A stretch of DNA of 63,715 nucleotides, the filler included, from Lenisia limosa (lineage: Eukaryota > Protista > Breviatea), in NCBI GenBank assembly GCA_001655205.1. It is 5 parts of 5 records of this genome, joined end to end, with 100 filler letters (N's around TTAATTAATTAA, not from the genome) between each part and the next. Parts side by side here need not be neighbours in the genome. Positions count along the whole stretch, not along the records: positions 49,873 to 59,183 come from LPNZ01011410.1; positions 59,284 to 63,715 come from LPNZ01004669.1; 3 more parts are not named here. One strand, 5' to 3'. Of this stretch, positions 49,990 to 63,097 are shown one piece after another. Within the stretch, counting starts at the first letter, position 1, and every line of letters starts with the position of its first letter. Under the pieces are notes generated by a model. The model had not been told where the DNA came from. It made no database searches and worked only from the letters and a program-made list of their open reading frames with translations. The translations under genes were made by a program, and so were the position numbers.

Positions 49990-51252
49990 TCCCCCCACAT
50001 TCTTTATTGCCATTTCTCTCATTTCTGTTTCTTACGCCGCTCACTTCAACGTGCTTCCGCTTTATAGGCAACTTAAGAACAAGTCCACTGCTAAAATGGT
50101 GAGAAACATTGAGCTTGTGATCTTCTGATATTTGATTTTCTCATAATGTTTACATTGTTCACCCCGTTTTAGATTGGAGTCTCATGGACTGCGAGTTTGA
50201 TTTGCGGTGTTGTCTACGCCACGATGGGTGCATTTGGCTTCCTGGTCTTTGGTGATGATGTGCAGGGCAATGTGTTGCTTGGTGAGAGGAGGGGGGTACA
50301 TGAACACAGGTTGCACAGGTCAAGATCTCTGGATGGGGCATCTAATTATCTAGGGTTTGATGACAGTGACATGCTCATTCTGTGCGCTCGAAGTGGACTG
50401 ATATTCACCTTGGTTTTCAGGTGGGATAAGGCTCTCAAGACTTCATGTGACTAAGTTCGCATAAGTTTAATATGAGCAGTTGCAACACTTCGCATCCTTT
50501 TGTTGGTTAATCACCCTGTAGTTACCCCTTGATGTTTATTCCGGGTCGCAAGTCAATAGAGCTGATCTTCTTCCACAACTCGGACCCCTCGTCCAAGGGC
50601 GCCAAGTTCCGGGCGTTCTTCTTTACTCTTATTGGCTCTTTTGCCATCACTGTGAGCGTTGTGCTTGGGCTCTTTGTTTTTGTGCTTTTGGCGATATAAT
50701 TATCCTGTTTCGTTTTTGAACTGATCTCTATTATCACTTGCTTGCTATAACTTTTGTCATTTTGCAATACCAGATTCCATCAAGGCATTTTTTTTTTTTT
50801 TTTTTTTTTTNNNNNNNNNNNNNNNNNNNNNNNNNNNNNNNNNNNNNNNNNNNNNNNNNNNNNNNNNNNNNGATGGTACCTTGACAAGGTCATGCTAGTC
50901 ACATTTTCTTTGAATTACCGTAATAGGGAATTGCTTATTTGGTGCCGGGAGTGCAACATGTGCTTGCTTACAATGGTGCCATTTTCGGTGTTGCCGTGGT
51001 CTTCTTCGGTCCCTCTCTGTTCTTTAGAAAAACCTGTACGTCTCCAAAGTTGAGGTTGGTAAATATAGCAAGTACCCTTTTATGTTTCCTCATTTTTTTG
51101 AGTCATTTCTACATATTCTACATACTGTAATTGAGACAACATTGCTTTACATTCACAGAGCTTTTGCCTTGCTCTCGATAATTCTTGGAGTTTTCTTCCT
51201 GATTCTGGGAGTGACAACGACCACAATGGAACTCATCAATGGCGACGATTAA
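49990..51252 (+). CDS. Amino-acid transporter (AAAP/SLC38-like); 5' part lost at the scaffold edge
   Basis: SYAAHFNVLPLYRQLKN, YATMGAFGFLVFGDDVQGNVLL, SYPLMFIPGRKSI, VLAYNGAIFG..VFFGPSLFF; ends ELINGDD* (TAA 51250-51252). Confidence 0.88.
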
Positions 51253-51537
51253 GTTCTCACCATACGTTTTTTATGTTGAGTGTGTCAATGCATTTGAGCT
51301 ATGGAATTGAGGGGGATCTTCGTATGTCTATTGTATATGCTAGTTATGCTTTTAACATTATCATTGAGGCAAAAGGAGAGACTACTGTGTTAGTGACTTA
51401 GCTACTAGTGGGTGTATCATTAGCGTTGACATCGTTTCTTGTAATAGTACTGTCAAAAGTTCAGTTCTTTTCGTATTTTAATTTTATATTTGTTTCATTT
51501 TTTTTTTTTTGTTTGTTTATTCATTAGTTCGTTCACG

Positions 51538-53608
51538 ATGGAGAGCAATGCATATCATAGTGAACAATTGGATAGAGTGCTGAGACTCTTTCGGTCAAAG
51601 AGGGAGGAGACTAAGAGGGAAGTGATCGCAGCCTTCGAGGAGTTCAAAGACACAAGGTTTGCCAGGTCTATCAAGCTTCTTTAATACGTTAAGAATCGAA
51701 GAGGAGTCGTACAGTGAAGAAGAGGCCCTTCAACTCGTCGAGGCTCTGCAGTCACTCATTCAGACCGAGGTTGAGACCGCCACTGAGAAGATCTCACACT
51801 CCTTCATGATTCTTTTGAGGTTTGAGGGAATTGTGGAGACACCAGCCTGATATTAGCCGCTTCTGTTTGTTCCCCATATTACATCACATCTTGTAGCTTT
51901 TTTTTTTTTCTGTGTTCTGTATTTTTAATGGAGGCTTTTGGTATTGTAATTATTGTTATTTGGGCTTGAACCTTTATGCTTCTTGTTTTTCTGTATTATT
52001 TTCAGTTTTGAAACAAAACGCAAAAATTCACTGAACAATCAATCATTCTATTACTACCATATTATGCAGATAATGACTCACTTAGGTCGCTTTTTGAACA
52101 GGCAGAGAAGTACCATCTCAACTTACAGGCGGATACTTCGATTGTGGATAACCAGTACGTGGGGAGTGTCAATTTTCGTTCTTTTTTTACCATCCCACTT
52201 CAGTTTTGCTACCAATAATTTTAGTTCTTTATATTTCATTATTCCGTATATAAGTGATACCGACCTGGTATTACAACTTGTGGTGATCGAATATTTTGAT
52301 GATACAAGAGTGTCTATAAATACTTGATGTTTCTTAGCTACGATGATGGTTAAGTCCTTTCAGTATTAATAGGTCTAGTCGTTCCAACTGGTTGCTTATT
52401 AGACAGATTTTTGAAATCAACCTCAATCCCCACATAGGAAGCTCCTGAAAGAAATGAAGGACTACGAAGAAGCCAAGTTCAACCCCGCAGCCCGCGCGCC
52501 AACCCGCCTCATGGCACTCCACCAGAAGCCCACCGATGAACTGCTGAATATGCAGGTGTGTAGTGTGGCTACTGCACCACTTTGTTGCCCAAAAGGGCTA
52601 ATTTAGTATCATATTGAAGCTCAAAAATAAATATGGAATAATGAGGTGAAGTAGTATTTCTGAGGTTGTACGACAATGATAAATATTGTTGTCTAAAACT
52701 GATACTATATTTGATAAAATGGCCGCAGGTTACTTTCACTTTTCACATTTTTTTAGATTGAAAAGCTTCGATTTCAGATTACGACACTAGAAGCCGAGAA
52801 CGCCGAGCTGGCCTCCAAACCTGCTGCTGTCCCCGCGGCCGCAGCTTGCGACTCTGACTCCTCAAAAGTCAAGAGCCTGGAGGAGAGACTGAAGAAGGCA
52901 GAAGCACGTGCAGTGGTGGGGGGTCGGTTTGAAAGGGGGCTGAGCGATAAATTCAGATGCATGAGTAAACGGAACTATTATGAGGGTTTTCCCATACAGC
53001 TATTTTTTGAGAGCATAAACAATATAACATTTAAATACAATCAAGGTTGTTGGATTCTTATTGTCAACAGGCTGCGGAGAAAGAGGCAACTTTGAAAATC
53101 CAGCAAACGGTCCAATTCCAAGTGCGGGGTTCATTAATGCAAAATTATTAAACTGTGATACGTTAAATACATGGCTATATTATAATACATTTTATGAATT
53201 ATTAAATAATATAATGTGAACGTTGTACTAATCTCATTGTTTTCCATTTTTGCTTCGAAGAATCTTAGAGTGGCATTTATAACCATCTTGTCACAATAAG
53301 AGCCGCTTGTCCGCTTAATCAATGTAGAACATGAAGAAAATGCTCCAGAAGAAAAATGAGAGTAACAAGGAGCTGATGAATTTGTGTAAACAGGTGGGCC
53401 GGGGAATGCTTCGCACTGAGGTTGTTTTTTTCAATAGTGATCAACTTAATTGGCAGTGTTTGGTTATCTACATCACTTTGTGGAAAATCAAAATGGTAAT
53501 GGTCAACATATGAACAGCTCTATTTTGCTAACCCTTCAGTTTGTTCCCGCGGATCAAATGCCGGGAGGCCAAAACGAGATCCAAGCGGACGACAGCGATG
53601 ATGAATAA
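51538..53608 (+). CDS. LZTFL1: Leucine zipper transcription factor-like 1 (BBS17, BBSome regulator)
   Basis: YHSEQLDRVLRLFRSKR..AFEEFKDT|RIEEESYS..LQSLIQTEVE..ILL|RSLFEQAEKYHLNLQADTSIVDNQ|KLLKEM..AEKEATLKIQQTVQFQ|NMKKMLQKKN, co-linear with animal LZTFL1. Confidence 0.88.
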
Positions 53609-54555
53609 CCTGGTATCTTTTTTCTTATGATTTGATTTCTCACTGATTTTTGACAAAGTTATGTTTGTATGTATTATTTCAATTCTTGTAACTTGGTCTT
53701 CTCTCATCTTAATCTTTCATCAACTTTACCCAAATTTGGCGGGGTCCTTGTTTTCTTTTAGCATTTGCCCAATCTTAGTTCCATGTTGATAGCCTGTGTG
53801 TGAACAGTAACTAATATAGAAGTCACCATGGACCTGAAGGGCTTCTTAGTTTTTAACCAACTAACATATTCATGTTTAACAAGCCTGACATCCCACCAAA
53901 TGTTTAACGGTGAAGTGAAGTTACATTAAGTCGTGAAATTCGCAGTTAGCTATAGTTGTGGGGGTCATGCGAAAGCAAATCTACCACAGCTTCAATTCAA
54001 AATAATCGGTTCTACTACTATTCTACATAATAATGCCAAATAATGCCTATAAAAAAAACTACTGATGATTCAAAAGTACCCTAGGCTTGTCAGTCAAATT
54101 AAGACAATATCCAATCCTGATACCACCAAAAATATTCCATATTTGGTAAGTTATTTCAAAAGAGCGCGTCTTTTTGCTGCTAACGAAATCGCATCTTTGT
54201 AATCAGTGAAATACACTGTGGCAGTTAATAAGAGTTAATTTTAGAAGTTTATTAAAGGTGGAACACCCATTCATATTTTGTACCATTAACCTAGAACGTG
54301 TTGAAAAATGAATCTGGTGATGCAGTCCAAAGCTCAAATGCCAAAACTATGGGAAAAGGTTTGGTTTGAATGCATATCTCTTGTATGATTATGGAAAATT
54401 ATCCATTTGATTACTATAATAATACCCGCCTTGACCTTGATGGGAACTATGACAATATACAAATGATTGGTAATGTATTGTAATCATGTCCATTGGAGGT
54501 AAGATGAGTGCTTACAAGTGTGACATTTGATCATTCATTCCTAAAACGTTTTTAG

Positions 54556-56449
54556 TTGTGGACACAATTTACGGCAATCAACCCCCAAGCCAAACAGATC
54601 CACGACCTCTTAGAGGCAAAAGGCGAGTCTGATGTAGGCAACAACTTCCAAATATTCAGTTTATTTGTTCATCATGCTGCTTCACAAAATTAAAACTGTC
54701 TCATTATCTATAAACTATACATTGCAAAAACACATTTTCAGAAAACATGACAGATATATGCCAAATTGGTTATTGCTTTGATTCATTCAGATTATCAATG
54801 ACCATGTTGCCTTTCGCACCTTTAACATTGCCCCGGTGGACATAAAGAGCCTCTCACCGCTGTTTACCAAACTTGGTTACATCAAAAAGGTCAGTGTTAA
54901 AGTACGTACCCGAAAGAAACACTTGAACTGAGTGTTGTGTGTTTGAACTCTCTTAAAGACAGTAAAAATATCTATTGGAACATTGCAATAATGTGTGCAT
55001 AGGTTATGACATTTGTGAATATTATATGTATTTTCTTCTGTTGTTTACATGTTCTGATTCTTTGTAAATGATTGTGTTTGTGTTTCCATCACGATTTAAT
55101 TAGGGTAAGTATGACTTTGCTCAAAAGAAGCTCAATGCCATCCACTTCGAACACCCTGATTTATCCAATCCAAAGTCAGCTAAAATATTAGGAGTTCCAA
55201 ATCACTGTTTGTCTCATTGTTTGACCTTATCAGAATTTTCATCTCCGAGTTGCGAGTAGAGGAATTCAGTTCTGGCTTCCAGAAATCAGTAAAGAGTTTA
55301 GTCAATCAAGTTGACACGACAGACACAGAAGCTATTGACTTTATGGTATGGGTAGTGTGAGATACTGATCACCGTTTCTGAATAATTGAAGTGTGTATAG
55401 TGATAATTAGTATATAATAAACTGCCAAGGTTGACTTTACTCACCAATATAGTGGTCAGGCGTGCCTTGGGGAAAGATATCACATGAGATGTATGGAAAA
55501 CTCCTTGAGGTGAGTAATGTGAGGCATAAGGTGGAGGCGTTTACGCACTTCTCCGATTCTTACTGCTCATAAGACCATCTGAATATCATACTTATTTTGA
55601 AGACTTTGTTCACAGTCAGTTAAGATTTAGTTTTACTCTATTTCAACTTTATTGTCGATTTCACGACATTAGGAAAGTGAATACGGAGCATGGATGTCCG
55701 CTTTCGGATTTCGAGCTAATCATTTCACCATTTTCATTAATATGTTTGAGGGTCCATTTCAAACAAAGAGTGAATAGAGATAAAGTTCCTTTGTGTCATT
55801 TCCTAACAAATAGGGTTAGTTTGAATGCGTATAAAATATTAACGTAAATTAAAACAAAAGATCTCGCCGACTCAACCAAGGAGGAGTATATCATATACCT
55901 TGATTCAACACGTAGTTCATAATTACAGGCTTGAAACGATCAACACAATTGAAGAGTTCAACTTGTGGGTAGAAGGGGAGGGATTCAAGCTCAATTCTGC
56001 TGGAGGAAAGGTAGGAAGTTTTTTTGCGTGTCAAACGATCAGTGAATTGTCCAATGAGTGGGAATAATGATAAAGAATATCATCAGAAAATTTTCTAGTC
56101 CTTGATATCCACAATGACTGTGCTCACTCCCCATCCAGATCAAGGGAACTCCCGAAGTTGGTCTTCAACAGTCGTCAACATTAGCCGCCCCAGTGTCAGT
56201 GGAGTTTTCTGACGGACAACACACTGTTTTTGGCTGTTACTATGAGTTCGCCATTGTTTGAGGGGCAATTACAGAGAAGGTTACAAATCACTTCATTTCA
56301 CATTTCACAATTGTCAACGGATGCCAACTTGAATAACCCCGTTGACTACGTAGCGTCACCGAGTTGGTGGGGAGCTATACAATGGTTTTGTCGCTACGTC
56401 GGCTGACAAGATCTTTGAATCCACAGACACTGTACAGCAGCAGACATAG
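54556..56449 (+). CDS. DUF1338 family 2-oxoadipate dioxygenase/decarboxylase (HglS-like); start codon lies upstream and is uncertain
   Basis: LWTQFTAINPQAKQIHDLL|INDHVAFRTF..LGY|KYDFAQKKLNAIHFEHP..|IFISEL..|SGVPW..|ESEYGAWMSAFGFRANHFT..|IKGTPEVGLQQSST..YYEFA|..GFVATSADKIFEST; at least 8 canonical introns. Confidence 0.88.
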
Positions 56450-56630
56450 GCATTTGGGATCATTCTGTAAATGTATCATTGTATGTATTGTGTTACTTTG
56501 AGATCCTTTCGACACCTATTTCGGGGACAAGGGGTCATTACTTCGTTTGTTTGTGTTACGATACTTAGTACACTTATTTCTCTCCTCAAGTAAGAAACAA
56601 CAGCTAATGTACATATCGACAAAGTACAAA

Positions 56631-59183
56631 TTACATCTTTCGGTTGTTGAGGTGGTGTGTGAAGAGGTACTCGGCTGAAACGTGAAATTGTGTGAAAGCT
56701 AAACATAGAGCGGAACATTGCCCCCCCTCCCCTCACCAAGAAAATCAATCGGATCCTCTGGCCTTGTCTTATTGACCTCAAAAAGACCCTCAGTCACAGG
56801 CCCCATCACGGTGTCGATGAGGTATTGTCTGGGGGATGAGAAGCCATAATATGAGGGCAGTCAAAAAATGAGGGCAGTTCAGCCTGTGGTCAAAACTAGT
56901 GACTAATAGTGAAATCAACCTCTCAGGGGTGGACGGCAGCAAACCTTAGGGGAACACTTGCAGCTTGAAGGGTTTCCGCCTCGTGCTTTTCAATGGCCTG
57001 GGGNNNNNNNNNNNNNNNNNNNNNNNNNNNNNNNNNNNNNNNNNNNNNNNNNNNNNNNNNNNNNNNNNNNNNNNNNNNNNNNNNNNNNNNNNNNNNNNNN
57101 NNNNNNNNNNNNNNNNNNNNNNNNNNNNNNNACACCTCCATGCGCTTACGCCACTCCAAAAGATGGAGTGCTCGCGCCTGCTTATCCGCCTCCAAACTCG
57201 CAAGTTCCTCATCTGCCATTTTGGCCTCAGCAGCAGCAATCGAAGCTTCCAACTGCCAAGGTTATTTCGGAGTGGCGGTCCATAGTATAAATAATTACTA
57301 TTATTGTATAACATCTCTTGTGAAAGTCATTTCAGTATACACCCCCTCCCCCCTTTACCCTGGCTTTATTTGCCCGTCTTTCCTCGAGGGAGATGCCGTA
57401 GTTCCTAGTAGGCCCGCAATACTTCTTGGCTTTGTCCAGAATATCGATAACGCCAACGGGGGGGCCGAAAGTGCCCGGGGCTGACTCGGGGTCTTCAAGG
57501 CCCTTGAAGGTGAAACGGGGTGAGGGGAGGGGGCTACAATGAAATGAAAGAGAGGGACTTATGTTGGATGCAGGAAATCTGGAAGTAATTTACTACTTTG
57601 GTGTGTGCTATAAAGCAGACCAGCACCCCCCACGGTTCTATCTTCGACATCGATAGGCAGGGGCAGGACCTCGCACTCGTCAAAAAAGAATGCGGCACTC
57701 TCGTCGGCCGTGTTGTTGAGGTGCCATTGTGCCATTCGTCGCGATAAGCCTGGGGGGTTATGGACCGAATCGGCAAAAGGCGAAGAGTATTAGTTGTTTT
57801 AGTTGCCTTGATTGGTAAAAAAAAAGAAGTNNNNNNNNNNNNNNNNNNNNNNNNNNNNNNNNNNNNNNNNNNNNNNNNNNNNNNNNNNNNNNNNNNNNNA
57901 GCATAGCAATCTGATAATAAGCCCGTCGGTTCGGACCTTCGGGGACATTGTGTGTGCCAGCGATGACTGATTCTGGTAGGTTGATGATTCTCTCCTCAAT
58001 GAAAGTGTCACTTGCCTAATAGGGTCAATAACGTGAATATATCCTATATTGTATATGATATACAAAATAGTACATACATATTTTAGTTGTAAATATACGA
58101 CAATCAGTACACAAAAAAAAAAAAAAAATCAGGCCCNNNNNNNNNNNNNNNNNNNNNNNNNNNNNNNNNNNNNNNNNNNNNNNNNNNNNNNNNNNNNNNN
58201 NNNNNNNNNNNNNNNNNNNNNNNNNNNNNNNNNNNNNNNNNNNNNNNNNNNNNNNNNNNNNNNNCTTCTTCGTCAACTGGGGGGGGGGGAGATAAGGACA
58301 ATTATGAAAGCAAACCCGAGGTTATACCATGATATTGGGTGAGAGAAGAGACAATATTGTGCGAGATGAGAAGTACAATCATAATAAAACAATCACAACA
58401 GCAAAAATAAAATTATTTATTAAAAACAAGGCGCCGAGTCAATTCAATACCACAATATGCATACAGGCGAACATGTCGGCAGCTTGCTGGTAGGTCTTCG
58501 GGAAGCCGTCAAGCACAAATCCCTTATTCCTGGAAGGTAAAGAAGTAAACAGCCCGAACTAATCAAACTAAAGACAATAAGGCCACAAAAGAGAGCCACT
58601 CAAATCATGGCGCCTTGCAAACCTGCATGCTGGGGTGGACAGATAGTCGCGGTAGAACTGAGCCATTCGTTCGTCATCAACCCTCCCTGCGTTCTCTTCC
58701 TGAGATGCTACAAACTCCTCCATTGCGTCCTCATCTTCTTCCTGGGAGAGGAGGGGGGGGGGGGGGGGGNNNNNNNNNNNNNNNNNNNNNNNNNNNNNNN
58801 NNNNNNNNNNNNNNNNNNNNNNNNNNNNNNNNNNNNNNNNNNNNNNNNNNNNNNNNNNNNNNNNNNNNNNNNNNNNNNNNNNNNNNNNNNNNNNNNNNNN
58901 NNNNNNNNNNNNNNNNNNNNNNNNNNNNNNNNNNNNNNNNNNNNNNNNNNNNNNNNNNNNNNNNNNNNNNNNNNNNNNNNNNNNNNNNNNNNNNNNNNNN
59001 NNNNNNNNNNNNCAAAGTCCTATTGTTCCAAGAGTGTGGCGTTTTTGCGCTCACTGATGATCGAAATAGACAGCGTTGGATGGCTGTTTTGTTGATTTTG
59101 GGTGTATAATCAACAAAATACTCCTAAAACAAATCCCTTGTCATACCAGGGCCTTCATGCCGTGCCGGATGACATCCTGGGGT
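56631..59183 (-). CDS. AK7: Adenylate kinase 7 (axonemal) with C-terminal Dpy-30 motif; 5' part lost at the scaffold edge
   Basis: [64 protein letters not shown]|[21 protein letters not shown]|AEYLF. Confidence 0.88.
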
Positions 59184-59283
59184 NNNNNNNNNNNNNNNNN
59201 NNNNNNNNNNNNNNNNNNNNNNNNNNNTTAATTAATTAANNNNNNNNNNNNNNNNNNNNNNNNNNNNNNNNNNNNNNNNNNNN
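59184..59283. other. Artificial scaffold-joining spacer
   Basis: Same 44N-TTAATTAATTAA-44N structure. Confidence 0.95.
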
Positions 59284-60334
59284 TGTTTGTTTGTTTGGAT
59301 TATTTTTTGTTGAGAGTTTCAGATTTTTTGGTTTGTGATTAGTACCTTTAAGCCAATATTCATCATCGACATTTTTGGAATGATGGGATGCGGTGCTTCA
59401 GAAGCGACTTGCCTGGACTTCGTTTGTTTTGTTGTTATCAACCCTAGTGTGTGTCATCCAACAGGGTTTATTTTTGTTTCATAAATTTCAGTCTTTTTTC
59501 GAACCGAAAAAAGCCCCACCTGTAACCCTCTCTACTCTCACTCTCTTTCTACAAAATTTCCTTCAGTTTACCCCTGTTTGTTTTGTTGTTATCAACCCTA
59601 GTGCATTGTCAGCCAACAGAGTTGAGATTTTGGGCTTAATATTCCAATTTTACCAGCCAACAGAGTTAATTTGCGGTTTTTTTTGTTTCATAAAATTTTA
59701 CCCCCCCCCCCCTCTTTTTCACAGGAGAATGTATCTGCAACGGTGTGGACGTCGCCCCCANNNNNNNNNNNNNNNNNNNNNNNNNNNNNNNNNNNNNNNN
59801 NNNNNNNNNNNNNNNNNNNNNNNNNNNNNNNNNNNNNNNNNNNNNGACGGCAAAAAGCTCTTCCTTCTTTTCGACCAACCAGTCTACTACTCCGGTTGGC
59901 TGAGGGGAGGAGAGGTAGACATTATAAAAGAGGGGGCATACGGTGGGAGGTTTTCATAATCTATGGAGTTGAGGCACGCAGAAAGCTGTGTGCACAGAGT
60001 TGATGAACTATAATCCAATATCTCTAAAGGCGTATTATGGTGTGTAAACAAAGTACTTGGGGGTAGCATTTGGTAAACAATTGATGAAGGGGGTTGGGTA
60101 TAATATGTATGTAGTATATTATATGATATATACATATCATACATATATATAACTATATCATATGTACATAGTATCTGGGCGAAGCCGTCTACACCATCAC
60201 GCTTATAAAAGATATTAAATTATACTATAATAATAGTAATATTCACCCAATCATAAAAAAGGGGGAGGGGCTTGAGGGACAATAACACGAAAGTTGTGAG
60301 AGGAGGTGAACATGAATGATAGATGTATTATAGC

Positions 60335-60422
60335 AAAGGCTTCACTTCGGTTTGGGAAAATATCTAGTTATCGAGGATTTATCGAGAAATTTTGTCTTTT
60401 TTCGAACCGAAGTGAAGCCCTA
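60335..60422. mobile_element. hAT-type MITE
   Basis: TIRs present; 8-bp flanks ATTATAGC / ATTGTAGC (7 of 8). Confidence 0.85.
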
Positions 60423-60508
60423 ATTGTAGCATTATTTGCATTTTATTAGAACTTGAAATTCGATAAAATTATCTTATTGGTAGAACAAAAACAAACAAGG
60501 GTAGTATC

Positions 60509-60594
60509 TAGGGCTTCACTTCGGTTCGAAAAAGACCGGTAATATCGAGGATTTATCGAGAAATTCAGATTTTTTTATCCGAAGTGAAGTCCTT
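60509..60594. mobile_element. hAT-type MITE
   Basis: TAGGGCTTCACTTCGGTTCGAAAAAGACCGG ... CCGAAGTGAAGTCC; target duplication degraded. Confidence 0.8.
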
Positions 60595-60761
60595 ATAATT
60601 ACAACCTAGAGATACCCAAAATGATTATCATCATGATTTTTTTTTACTCCGAGCAGGTGGAAGACTTTTTGAGCCTCGCGATCCAATTTTCTCTTCAGCT
60701 GAGAGTGGGTTTTTTTTGTTTTTCTTTTTTTCTCTCTATAAAGTGTAACCTTGTATTTATT

Positions 60762-61105
60762 TCTCTTATCAACACATTTCAATTCTATTTCAACTTCATT
60801 GTGCTTCATCGCTCTCATCAACACATTTCAATTCTATTTCTACTTTATTATTCTTCATCCCTCTCATCAACATCTTCTACTTCATTGTGCTTCATCCCTC
60901 TCATCAACACATTTCAATTGTGTTTCTACTTCATTTTGCCTCATCCCTCTCATCAACACATTTCAATTGTGTTTTTACTTCATTGTGCTTCATCCCTCTC
61001 ATCAACACATTTCAATTGTATTATTATTGCATTATGTTTTATCCACCTCTCATTAACACATTTAAAGTATTACTGCATTGTGCTTCATCCCTCTCGTCAA
61101 TTTCA
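60762..61105. repeat. Minisatellite, unit of about 49 bp, about 7 degenerate copies
   Basis: Consensus CTTCATTGTGCTTCATCCCTCTCATCAACACATTTCAATTGTGTTTTTA in tandem, without unique spacers. Confidence 0.9.
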
Positions 61106-61721
61106 ATTGTATCGATCTTTTTTGAAACAGGAGCAATTATACATTAGAAATCTAGGGAAACAAATAAATACATAGGAACCAAAGACAGATTACCATGCCT
61201 CCTCGCCCACGCTCCTCGTGTACTTGAGTGAACCCCAATAGATACTATATTGTACATATGTATACAATATTTAAATAATATACTATTTCATTTGTAGTTG
61301 CAACTTCAAATCCCCTCGTGATATGTATGATCATATGAATGACGTTCAAGTCGAAATGGTTAACCAAAATAACATAAAGCTATCTCTTTTCTGTGTGCCT
61401 CCCGTATTATTACGATAATTTTTCTGATATTAAGATTTTCAAAATCATTACATTTCTAGAAATGAGAGATGCCACGATTGATGAAGCCGAAGATTTGCTT
61501 GGTGTTCTCTTCCAATACGAAAGTGGGAAGACTTGGGAAATCATAGCAAATAGGTCAACAATTATCCTGGTCACTTTCTATGTATCACAGAGCAAATCGG
61601 TCAAGACTTATCTCGATCACTGTATATTTGAGAGGAAAATGGAATAATCTGGAACGTGGGGTATAAGATGGGCGATAGGAATATGGAATGAAGGGATTAG
61701 GGCACATGGAAAATATCCAAT

Positions 61722-61815
61722 TAGGGCTTCACTTCGGTATGAAAAAGACCGGTAAAATATCGATAGTTTTCGAGGATTTTTGGAGTAATTCAGTCGTTTG
61801 TTGAACCGAAGTGAA
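61722..61815. mobile_element. hAT-type MITE, right end truncated
   Basis: TAGGGCTTCACTTCGG ... GAACCGAAGTGAA. Confidence 0.8.
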
Positions 61816-62193
61816 AAGGAAGTTGTTATGAGTGGGAATATCACTACGGCGCATTAACTTGGGAGTCTCATGAAAACGTTGGAGTTCCCATATTTTACAT
61901 GGGAATCCCATGGAATTATTTGGAAATTCGAAGCAATTTATGGGATTCCCAAACACTACATGGGAATCCAAGTCGATGTGCCGTAGTGATGGAATTACGA
62001 GAGTTTGGGACATGAACAATAGGGATTCCACGACGTGGAAGTTAATATGGGTGTAAGAAATATGGAATATGGGGTATGGAGTATAGGATGAGATAGGATG
62101 TTAGGAATATGGAAATACGGAGTTGATTGAGTATGAGGTAGTATGGAATTGGTGTTACTTTCTCTTTTTTTCATATGAAAAGGGGTACCTATG

Positions 62194-62293
62194 TAGAGCT
62201 TCACTTTAGTTCCAAAAAACGACTGAAGTTCCCGATAAATCCTCGAAAACTAAAGATATTTTACCATCTTTTTCGAACCAAAGTGAAGCCCTA
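62194..62293. mobile_element. hAT-type MITE, opposite orientation
   Basis: TIRs present; 8-bp flanks TACCTATG / TATCAATG (6 of 8). Confidence 0.82.
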
Positions 62294-62620
62294 TATCAAT
62301 GACATACCCCCATAATCGCTACAGGTTCAACGAGTTCCACTGATTACTACGAACTCGGCGAAGAAAGAGAAGTCTGGATCAAGGCACAGTCCTTGTTATT
62401 CAGTGACCCCGTATTACCTGGAGACAGAATCACAATTCCCGCTGGCTTGTTCGCTTTTTGTCAGGTAGGGAGGGTATCTTGTTAAGGAAACAGTGACGGG
62501 ATAAGTCTTGACCGATTTGCTCTGTGATTTCTTAAGGAAATAGGTCAAGACTTATCTCGGTCACTGTATTAAGCAATGAGATATTCGCTTTTTGTCAGGT
62601 GGATGGGTCCATATTACAAT

Positions 62621-62673
62621 GGTTCGAAAAAGACCGACAAAATATCATTTTTTCGAAACGAAGTGAAGCTCTA
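62621..62673. mobile_element. Deleted MITE copy
   Basis: GGTTCGAAAAAGACCG ... TTTTCGAAACGAAGTGAAGCTCTA. Confidence 0.7.
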
Positions 62674-63097
62674 AATACATTATTCGAGTCATAAACACAT
62701 CAGGTTGTACAAAGGGGTTAGCGGAGGGAGGGGTTTCGACGATTTTTATAAAATAAGAAAGAATGGAAGCAAAAATGGATTTGCAACTGTGTTCGTCCTC
62801 CTGTTTCTGTCGTTTTCCGTGGATATTTCTTGGATATTTCTTGTGTAGTCAACCGCGGATCTCTATGATCCTAATTTCAATAGTGGTTTACTGCAAAAAA
62901 TTTTGTCTTATTCTCCTCAGAAGTCCCACACCAACCGAGAGATGACTATACTTGTCAATCAGCATCCCTACTCAAATTCTGTCCAGCCCAAGGTTTGTGG
63001 ATCCGGAAATTTAATTCTAACTCGCTGACGCTTCCTGACTCCTTGGCCTACGGATTTAGTAGGGCTTACTGGTTTCTTCTATTGGGGCTTTTGTCAC

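Noticed and set aside
60762-61105. CRISPR array (the reverse strand contains ATTGAAAT, like many CRISPR repeat ends)
   Set aside because: Units are contiguous with no unique spacers, there are no cas genes, and the context is eukaryotic.
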